DNA of 63,691 nucleotides, filler included, from Reclinomonas americana ATCC 50394 (Eukaryota): assembly GCA_048213135.1 (NCBI GenBank). It is 15 parts of 15 records of this genome, joined end to end, with 100 filler letters (N's around TTAATTAATTAA, not from the genome) between each part and the next. Parts side by side here need not be neighbours in the genome. Positions count along the whole stretch, not along the records: positions 33,254 to 43,246 come from AFZH01020237.1; positions 43,347 to 44,938 come from AFZH01020238.1; positions 45,039 to 49,450 come from AFZH01020239.1; 12 more parts are not named here. One strand, 5' to 3'. The notes below the pieces were generated by a model that saw only the letters and a program-made list of their open reading frames with translations, ran no database searches and was not told the origin of the DNA. A program made the translations under genes and the position numbers. This document shows, piece after piece, positions 38,737 through 48,886 of this stretch; position 1 is the first letter of the stretch; each line of letters starts with the position of its first letter.

Positions 38737-41467
38737 ATGCATCGCGGGCAGGCCGCGGTTTCGGCGGCGGCAGTTGCCATCGCTCTGCTCATCGTGGCAA
38801 TGCTGGCAAGCACAACACTTGCTGCTCGGCAAGACGCGCATGTGCGTTCCCGTCTCCCGCTGTCGTCAAACAAGTCGCGCCCTGCTGTGCCCCGAAAGCC
38901 TGCTGTCACCGGCGGTCTCCCCGTTCGTCGATGCGTGCAAGTGCCGCCGGCCACGTTGCACTGCACATTCAGCTCTCCCGCTGGACTGCTCTTCAGTCAA
39001 TCTGCTGTTGATTTGCGCGCGGACATTATCCTCTCTGTCAGTGAGCCGTCAACATCCTCTGTCTCGTTCTGGAGCGAATCCGTGGGACGGAATTGTGTGT
39101 GAGAGTCGTGCGCCCGTGTACTGCTCGTCTGCATGTCGTCAAATTTTAACCCACACGTTCTCTCACATTCACAGCAACTGTGACTGCGCCGCTTGCCAGT
39201 GTCGTTGCGCAACAGACACCATCAAGTGGCAATGATGCTGGTATACGGGGACTTTGCTTGCCGAGTATTCTGGGGGCAAACAATGCATCGCCGAGCGGGG
39301 CTTGCCTCGTCATTCGTCCCCAGACTTGGCGCTTTGAGCCAGTTCTTGGTCGGGTGCAGCTGGACTTGTCTCTCCGTTTCAGCACGTCTGCTGGCGGCGC
39401 GTTTACCATGACATGGGATTCGGTTACCATTGATTCATCAGGTAAAGTGGACTGAAGCGTGCACTTTGCGCGCGCTGCCTCCTGCCAGTGTGGTTCACTG
39501 ATCGTATTTCTCTGTTGAAGATGTCTACTTAATGGCCGAGAGTCCAGCTGTCAGCGGCTCTGCGAGTGCCGGACCTGTGGTGCTCATTGAACCGCGGCCA
39601 CAAACCCAACAGCACGTTGTCTTGCAACGGCGCACTGGCACCTTCAGTCCCACCGACACTGTGACACTGATTCCTGTGGACACAACTGACCCTTCAAGTA
39701 TTGCCTTCAGTCTCTTCTCGGACGCAAGCCTATGCCAGCGCACACCCGTATCATCATCGAGTGCTATGAGTGTCGTCGGCCCGTTCTCCATCGACTCCAA
39801 CGGCAAGCAGCTCACTGTTGGCGTAATCGCCCGTGCTGCCGCCGGTACAGAGGTCCCCATCTTCGCTGTTTGCTACTCTTCCAACAGAATGACTGGCCTT
39901 TCGCGTGCTTTGAACCTTGCACTCGCCGTCGGTGAGTCTCAGCAATCTATGCGTCGTCACTGGCCGACTTTTGTGAGCTCACTCGATAATGCGTATGTTC
40001 AATAAGAAAATCTTGTGCCTCCGTCCAGTTCGCCAGTTAACGTCGAAGTGGTGAGGTCGAGCGAATCGACTGTGACTTTGACGTGGAATCCACCGCCGCA
40101 CGAGGGCTTGTTGGAACCGCAGAGAGTGAATTACATGGTGTCCTACAAGGTCGGTGGTGATTCGACACAAGCAAGTTCGGTAGTGACGCAGCTTGCTGAA
40201 ACGGAGACCACAACAATTACGGTAAGGTTGTTGGTAGCGCTGTTTGTGCTGTTGCATCTTACTGATCGATTTCACTTGCGCAGGGCTTGTCTCCACTCCA
40301 AATCATCCGTGTCACAGTCGCCGCTGCGAACAAGGTCGGTATCGGGCCGCCATCGTTTTCACTTGTGTGCCAAGCAGCTGGTAGGAGACACTGTTGTTCA
40401 CTCCTAGTGCGTTCGCCTTACTCACCGTCATGCACTCATTGTTCAGCTCCTCTGTTGCCGACGGCTCCAGTGGGCCTGCATGTTACCACCGTTATCCAGA
40501 ACGGTGTCACGTTGAGCTGGTCGCACTCTTCGACTGTGCAGGATCCGTTTGTGTCCGCAGCAGTGCGAGCTCTTCCAGCAACAAGCTCCAGTATCGCCTT
40601 CGCACAGCGATCCACTTCGAGTGCAGATGACGCTGACTCAACCACAACGTCACCCACGAAGAAATACATTTTCGAGTTCGTTGAAGTCGGTGACTCGCAG
40701 GTACGTGCTTGCAAACTAGCTTATTTCACACCCAGATGATAACTTTTGCTGCATGATTCAGCACGTGCGATCAGGCACCAAGCGAGTGGGACCTGTAACG
40801 CTGCAAGGTACTGCAGTGCAGTCAGATTTGGGAAGCTTGACTTTCCAGCACACGCTTGCTGACGAGGTTTGGATGCACGGTTGTTGTCGGCACGCAGTGA
40901 TCGACATTCTCAGTATGATATCGTTCGTATTTCACTAGGATGGACTTGACCCGAACTCGAACTACGCCGTGCGAGTCCTCGAAGTGAACGATGCTGGCGA
41001 GGGAACGCCATCTTTTTCTGCTCTGTTCCGAACTGGGCCTGCAGGTGCGCCTTGAGTCCGCATTCTTTGCCGCTGGCCATGGGCGCTGACTTACGACCTC
41101 CTCTCTCTCTCTCTCTCTTGCCGTCCACAGCCCCTGTCGTATCGCCATCCCCAAACCCAGGTCTCTCTGCGGGGTCGATAGCGGGGATTTCAATTGGTAC
41201 TGTCGCCGGTGCTGTCATTCTCGGAGTCGCAATCGCGCTCGTCGTTCGCCGTCGTCGCCGTCACGCTGCTCGCCCTCGAGCACAGCAGTTTTCGGTTTGC
41301 GCATTCGTCGTCAAAGGCACAGACGTGTATAGAGAGTTCTCACACATATTATTATTGTTCAGCTGAATGACAGTAACGAACTTGCGAGTGGTGTCCTTGG
41401 AGAGCCGTTGCTGCGTGACATGCCTCTGTCGACGTCGAGTGTGCCTACGGGTGTGGCTAGCGCGTAA
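38737..41467 (+). CDS. Type I membrane protein: signal peptide, beta-rich ectodomain, two FN3 domains, TM helix, short tail
   Basis: SP MHRGQAAVSAAAVAIALLIVAMLAS. FN3-1 PVNVEV…TVTLTWNPP…YMVSY…GLSP…VTVAAANKVGIGPPS. FN3-2 PTAPVGL…VTLSWS…GLDPNSNYAVRVLEVNDAGEG. TM SIAGISIGTVAGAVILGVAIALVV followed by RRRRR. Tail …GEPLL…GVASA*. Confidence 0.88.
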
Positions 41468-41582
41468 ACGTTGCCAGTCTTCAGAGATTCAAGCCACGCT
41501 TAAGGATTCTGGATGACCAACAACACATTCGAAAAATGAATGTACCTCGTCATCATTCTGAGTATGTCAACCATGAGAAGAT

Positions 41583-44500
41583 TCAGGCGCTCAGCTGAAC
41601 AATAACTGCATATTCACGGCCTTTACCAAGTGCCGACTGCAGACGCTAATCTGCTGCACTCCAAATCACGAGTACAGACTTGAAAAGTCACACACGGATG
41701 ACACGCGAGTGAAGCGGCTCATGAGAGCACCGGTTCCATTGGGGCCAGCTGAAAAAACCACTGACATCGTCGACGGACTCGCAGGGTGAGCAAGCGCTAA
41801 GAAAGGTGTCGTCCCTGCACGCAAACCAGATCGAAATCAATCACGTTGACGACCAAACGACTCGGATCACCATGCCTCAAACCTGAAAAATCGAATTTGT
41901 CGATTACAGTCCAGCGAAGAGAACTTTGATCCAAGAAGTAGACGGATCCATCCTACGCAAAGTGCACACGGAAGAAGTTCTGTCAGATAGGAACCTTGCC
42001 AAGCGACAGCAAAATTGCAGAATGGAGTGGTGGAAGACGTTTTTGCAACCCGCAGACGGCAACCAACCTCACAAAACCCAAGGACATCGTCACCGATGTT
42101 CGTCATCGTCGACCCAATGAACCGGCCGCTCGGGCATACGGGGGGTGGATTTGTGACGGCAGGCACAGTAGCCCTAATTAAGCCTTTAGTCGCAGCAGCA
42201 GCTGCATCGAAAATCATCTGAATGTACAAACCATGCAGCAGCTGTCGCATTGAGGGCAAGGACAGCTGACGGCACACGCGATCCGACAAATGAAGAATAG
42301 AACAAGTGGGGTATCCCAGCCACCAAGCCCTGCGACATAAAGAGTTAGCATGCAAATCACATGAGTTCAATACGCGAAGAATACACAAGCACACACGTAC
42401 ACAAGCACACAAACACACGCGAACCAGACTAAAGCTGTTGATGTCAACTGTAGATGCCCAGCTGGGCAGCGCGAGCGTTTGCCACGGAGAGAAACCTTGT
42501 GTCAGATCTGTCGATCCACACCACAATAGACTTCCAGCAGCACCGTTCGCGTGCGAGAGACACACAATCAAGGAGCCGGTGGAATCGATCACCGCAAGCG
42601 GTGCGTCCAGCGGAAGTTGCGGTAGCTGCGGGATGGTCTCAGGAGCGGCCCAGCTGCAGAAAATTCGTCAATGGAGGAGATAGTCGCAACGAGACATAGA
42701 GAGACAACGAACGTGTCGTTCGACGAAAAGTACTGCATTACTTGAGTGGAGTTGGCGGCAAGGAGTACAACGCTGTCCGTTGTGAAGGCGGGCGAAAAAT
42801 CATTCTCAAACGTTGCTTGGCCCTGCGAACTTACGAGAGTAAACGCCGCAGTGTCCGTCGCGTTCAGTACAGCAGGTGGCAGGGATGAAGCTGAGGAGAA
42901 CCAATATCCCGTGTCTGCGCGATCGCACGGAAACGGAGAGTTCAACCAACAGGGTAACGGCACAAATTGTGCAGCTTGGGTTTCTGCACCTGTGTGAAAC
43001 AGGCGGAGAGAGTACGCTGGTGCGTTCACACCGTCACCGATGTACATCAAGGCGACAACAAATTTTCCAGAAGATGATGCCGCTGCTGTACAACACACCT
43101 GTGAGATGAACAGACAATCCGGAGTGCACTCTCTGAATCGACAAACAAGAGCAAAACGCGACGCAACAAAATCCTGTGGCAGCGCTGTACGGCACCGGTG
43201 TCACGCCGATCTCATCTAGCGCAACTCTGGATGGACCAGTAATCCANNNNNNNNNNNNNNNNNNNNNNNNNNNNNNNNNNNNNNNNNNNNTTAATTAATT
43301 AANNNNNNNNNNNNNNNNNNNNNNNNNNNNNNNNNNNNNNNNNNNNTTCTCGACTGGCTTGCAACAAAGCTGTCTGGTTTGCAGGTGGCAGTAATCGCCA
43401 CAGCGGCTCCAATACAAAGCTGTGTCGAAAAAGATTTGAGGTCGAAGAAATGGGAGAGAGGGGGCGTAATAGAGCACATGTCACGCAACTTGACAGGCAC
43501 TGGCGCAGCAGTTACAGTCTGATTCCACAACGACAAACTACTGGGGTCATCGGCAGTGGTAAACACACTAATGTCACCACCGCCAACTGAGTCTGCGAAA
43601 TTCGTAGAATTCGACGTAGTGGAAGCCTCCGACAACTGGTTGTCCACATTGACACGATGAGGAAGCAGCGAAACAATGCACAGAGACATTAACCACGTAC
43701 CATCGAAGTTGAATGCGAAATTGAGAACAGGAACAAGTTCACCGACCAAGTTGTCTCATGATAGTACAGCGAGAATGACTGCGTGCTGTCGAATTCGTAC
43801 ACTCGTCGCAAGTATCCACTGCGATCAAGCGCTCAGCCCGCAACAGCAACAGGAAGTTCCCACAGATTCACGTACCCTGACTGCATGCTAGATACGAAAT
43901 GAGTGCCGTAGAATTGCAAGAACTGGCCAAATATCTTGCAGCTCCCAGAATCAACAACCGACGGCAGGCGGGCAAGCGATGACTTGAAACCAGTGGACAG
44001 GTTGAATCCGGGAGAAACGGCATCGTATGGTGGAGACCACCTGAGTGCCAGCAAGTCAATACACTGTCAAACACAACCGGCCAACAAAACCGAGTACGCA
44101 TGTGCCTGAGTTGTTGTGTGACGAAGTTTACACGTGTGCTGGACATGACTTCACTGGCACTTGAATCGTCCTCCGTTGTCGTGGATGACTCGTAAGTGAC
44201 TGAGCATTTTGTGAGATATGTAACGCAGTAACAGCAGAATAAACAGAGCACAATGCACGTTTTCATACCGAAGAATGCGTCGAACCCAAATTGTTGGTTG
44301 TTGATTACTGACGATTCAGTCTGTGACGAAAACCAGAGAGTCTCCGGGTATGCGACCTGCGGCTCGTCATATATGACAGCCTGCAGCCCATCAGGGACGG
44401 AAAACTGTTCTTCTCCGTCGCTCCGCATAGCTTGAACAGTCCTACACACAGGCACGTCCAGTCAATCACCGAAACACGGGAGAGTTGTGCAAGAAATGTG

Positions 44501-44935
44501 ACACACTGATCGCTGTCGAATGACAGAGAAAAGACGGAGGTCCCAGTGGACGTGCCAGTGCGTGCATCAAATCCTGAGAGCATGACTGCCGCATCGGGGA
44601 TCATTGGATCTGACATGCATGGTTGGGGGACGCATATCAATATAGATCAAAATTTCTCTCTCTCACACACACACACGACACGTGCACGCACACACGAAGC
44701 TTCGGCTTCTTCACGCACCGCGCATTCCGGCAATCGTTGACGACTCCGCCATAGTTGCATTGTTGCTGGACGCAAATGCAAGTGCTGCAATTTGCGCGAG
44801 GCACTGCGTCACTGCAGGAGACTCGTCGCTGACGACCGGTGACAATGCTGCCGCAGTACTACTGCCATGCACGACAACCACAACAACAATACATGCCACG
44901 AATAAGGCAACGCAGTTGTGTGCGAGTCGCAGCAT
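41583..44935 (-). CDS. Secreted MACPF-domain protein (MACPF-2) with beta-rich C-terminal region, interrupted by gap 43247-43346
   Basis: SP MLRLAHNCVALFVACIVVVVVVHG. IPDAAVMLSGFDARTG…FSVPDGL. SCKIFGQFLQFYGTHFVSSMQSG|G. VGGGD…SLWNQTVTAAPVPVN|FVLEPLWRLL…ALLQASRE. Assigning exons 43246-41583 to this gene is inferred from strand and position. Confidence 0.85.
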
Positions 44936-45038
44936 CGANNNNNNNNNNNNNNNNNNNNNNNNNNNNNNNNNNNNNNNNNNNNTTAATTAATTAANNNNNN
45001 NNNNNNNNNNNNNNNNNNNNNNNNNNNNNNNNNNNNNN

Positions 45039-46802
45039 CGTCCGAGAGGAGGCCACCTGAATCGTCGACTCCGCCAATAGCCACAAACGTGCTGCTCCAA
45101 AACAAGTACGACGATGTCGGCGACGGTCATCACGCGCAACAAAATGGAAAAATCATGAACAAACTCTGACGCTGTGGGCCAAGGCGCTGTTGCGACACCG
45201 GAGCGTGCGAACAGGCTGTATGGGTCCGGAACAATGGTCCAAGTGCTTGCAGCGATGTCAAAAGCGACTGCAGTTGTAACTGCCTGCGGCCCTCCGTCGC
45301 TCTGCGTAACCTATTCAGCAGCTGTCGCAAACAAAGAAAAAATGGCATTACTCACCGACGAGTAACCGCCGAATACAACAATCAGTCCTTGTGAATGCGC
45401 AGCTGTGGCGTTCGCCCTCGCCAGTGGCATCGACGGCAACAATTCGCTGCGAGAGACAACCGAGTCAACAACGATCATGGCATGGTGCTAGTCTGCTGAT
45501 ATGTGAACGAACAATGTGTCCGTCTGCACGAGATACATGTATGCCGCATCGGTCTCAATCGTCTCGTCGCACTCTGAATTGCCTGTAGAGTGACATATGC
45601 ATATATTTGAGCTCATGTTGACTGAAACTTGTAAACTGGAGAACCAGATCACCTGAACTACCCGAGCACTCGACACCACCGAAGATGAAAATCGAGTTAT
45701 TGTAGGCAACCTGCACATTGCAGCGCGAATCAGTGTGACATCTCAGCAGTTTCTACGGCGGTGCAAAGTTGACATGAGATACAGTACCATCGCGGCACCA
45801 TTGACTTGAGGGGTTGATGAGACACTGCTGGTGTCTTGCCAGGCAGGCGGTGGCCCATCTGAGAGCTGCGAGTCAAAAAGTGGCCCATGCAATCAATCGA
45901 ATGTATACACACAACGATTACTTACTTTGGGGTCGATTTCGAAAGTCGGCAAGTTGAGGTAAAACACCGAGAGAAATCTTTAGCGCGACTCCGCCTGCAT
46001 ACGCAACTGTCTTCCTGTCGGAAAGCGCACTATCGCTTTGCTGGCTATAAATATTCCAAGTTCCTGACCTGCACGTGCACAGACAGCAGATTAATGGGTG
46101 CACCCGAGTGAGAAGCCAACGAACTTTTGACGATTGATAGAACACTATTCAACGAACATCCACTGGTACTGAAGCCATTGCTCGTTCCACACAATTTGCT
46201 GGCCGTCGGGGGATACCCTGCTGCCGCCGTAAACCATGACGTAGTTGCACAACGAAGAAGTGCTCACATCGGGGCAGAGCACGGTGAATGCTTGCACGTC
46301 TGTCCAATTTCCAACCTGAGACGGGAAGGTCTCCTGTGTATTCCAAAACCCAGTACCTTCGAGTTTACAAAGAGGGAGTGGGAAGAAAGTTGACAAGAAT
46401 CAACGGTAAGCTGGTGGAAGGGCATTCAACAACTTACCCAGATTCAGAATTTGCAGCACATTTGTCTCTTGAAGAGTATCGTCGCCAGGAGCCATGCGCG
46501 TGCTTCCGCCGATAACGAACAACAACTGATCGGTGGCAGTGGCAGCTGGAGTACGAGCGTTCATGTCAATGGCAACGAGCATCGGAAAGGTTGGTGATGC
46601 TAACGAACCAGCGTGCGTTACAGGCATAGGAAGAGTGACATTAGCAGCGGACAGTTTGATCTGGGCGAGTCCTTGCAAATAATCATTGATTGCAACCGCG
46701 AACGCAGCGCGCACGTCGGGATCAGCCACAAAATCCGCAACAGAGCGCAGTTTAACGCTGCAAACACAATACAGCCGTGGGAACTCAGAGTAAAGCGGAA
46801 GC

Positions 46803-46833
<31 letters not shown>

Positions 46834-48296
46834 TTGCATGTGTGTGTCTCACGTGTGTGTTCGTACAGATGCGAGCGACCAGGAGGCCAACAAAAGAGCA
46901 GCGTACCTCAGTATCGTCGGGTTTCCCGCGATAGTCTTCACCCACGCACCGACGTCTGTTGACTCTTTGTCGCCGCCAAATATGTTGGTGGTCGAACTGC
47001 ACTGCGTGCTAGCCTGCAACAAGCTCTGGTACTGCTCGGACGACAGACCAAATGAAAAGACCTGATTGTCGTCACCGCCAACAGCAGCAGCGACATCGCT
47101 CAAGGTTGAACCAAGTGGCAAAGAAGTGCTCGAACTCGTCGCCCCGGTAATGACGGCTTGCATGGAAGCCGAAAACGCCTCGGTTGCTTCAAACGAGCTG
47201 AATTCTGCAGTCTCGGTGCAAATGCCAGACATGGCTAGAGAGGAAAAGTGAGAAGGCACCAAGGCAAATGGCATCTCACCAATTGCCACACAAAACGCAA
47301 CTTGTCGCACCGCCAATTGTGACTCCCATAACAACAGACGTGCCGTAGTAGTCAAACATGGACTGGAAATACTGGCATGTGGTAGAGCTCCCGTCGTAGC
47401 CAAGTGGCGCGACTTGCCTCGACACAGACGCGCTAAACGACGGGGTTGGTGGAGGAAGATCGTCAACGAACGCGCCGGTGTCGTAAGTTATCTCAAGTAG
47501 ATTAACGCTGTACGCGGATTGCGCAGCGAATCGCGTGACACTGCTCGACTGCGTGTCCTCATTGGCGAAAGATGCACTCAAATTCAAGCCGCCCAAATCA
47601 AGGGCGACACCGGTTGACGATGAACTGGCAGTCAGCGAGGTGGACGAAAATGACGATGTGGTAACCGAGTCACTACGGAAGTCGACAGGGATCACTGACA
47701 CAGTTGATGGTAGCAAATATGACTTGCCAGGTAAGGGCGTGACAGTACTCCACGTCACAGAGGACCCGTCAGTGGTCGATGTGATGTTGAATACGCCTGC
47801 TCGGAGACCAGTGATTGGAGGCATCGGCTGCGGAAGTGTGGGTGTGAGAGTGCTGAAGATCAAGCGCGCATTCACAGAGAAATCAAAGGCGTGCGAGTTG
47901 AAAGCATTTTTCACATACTCTCACCTCCACAACGTCGAAGCCTGCTCCGATTGCGTTCAGGAATGGCGAAGTAACTGGGACCTGCAACTTCAACGGGGTT
48001 TGTGACACCATTTGTGTGCGGACCACATCTGTGACATCGTGTTATATTGGGGGACGCTGATGCAGACTTGATCCAAAATCGATCACATGCGCGTGAGTCT
48101 CACCAGCGATATCGGGAGGCAAGAAGGAGCCAGACAGGTCTGCAACACCAGCAGCACTCAAGAGGCGCAGGATACCAGTCGGTGAATTTGTGTCACTACC
48201 ACCGCACGACTGGGCACTCGCAGAGTGGACGGTTGCGCAGAGAGTGACAACCAGGAGCAACAAAAAGGAGACAGCATATCTGCTGCCAGGGCGCAT
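45039..48296 (-). CDS. Secreted MACPF-domain protein with Kelch beta-propeller (MACPF-3), 3' truncated by gap
   Basis: SP MRPGSRYAVSFLLLLVVTLCATVHSA. TCQYFQSMFDYYGTSVVMGVTIGG. IFGGD…GAWVKTIAGNPTIL…VADFV…AFAVAINDYL. Kelch motifs LLFVIGG, YVMVYGG, SIFIFGG, IVVFGG, FVAIGG. Confidence 0.85.
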
Positions 48297-48886
48297 TAGG
48301 AGAAGAGTATCGTTGCCGCGCAGATCGGTACACACACGGAGTTCCCCAATGCGACACAGGACACTGTAATGACAGTGAAGTTGTCTTGCCGTCTTGCTCT
48401 TTACACTGATTGAGGGGAAATGCACAAATATCTGCAGCCGCCACAAATTTCTGCTCCTCTTGCTATGGTTTCACTCTTGCAGTCACAGGCTCCTCATGGG
48501 CCGGGCAAAAAACAAATATCGACCGGAACTTCGATCGAAATTGCCAATCGAAAGAGATTCGACTGCTTTGAAAGAGGCCTGCTCGTTGTTTGGATACTTT
48601 TCACGTGACCACCACTTGTACGGAACATGGCTTTCGTCATGAGATCGCTGTCGTCAATGCACGCAGCCATTTGCAATTGAATTCGACTTCGATTTCCTTC
48701 TTCCGCCCGCATCGGTATGTTCGCTTCCTTCCCTCACTTCTCCACCCGCTCCCCATCCTCCACCCTCTCTCCTTCCACCCAGACCTCACACCCTCCCCCA
48801 AACCTTCGTTCGACCGTGTCCGATTGCGCGAGCAGGCCGTTGAAACTGCCTCCGTCCTGTTTTTCAAGAAATCAGTGAGACAAGGC

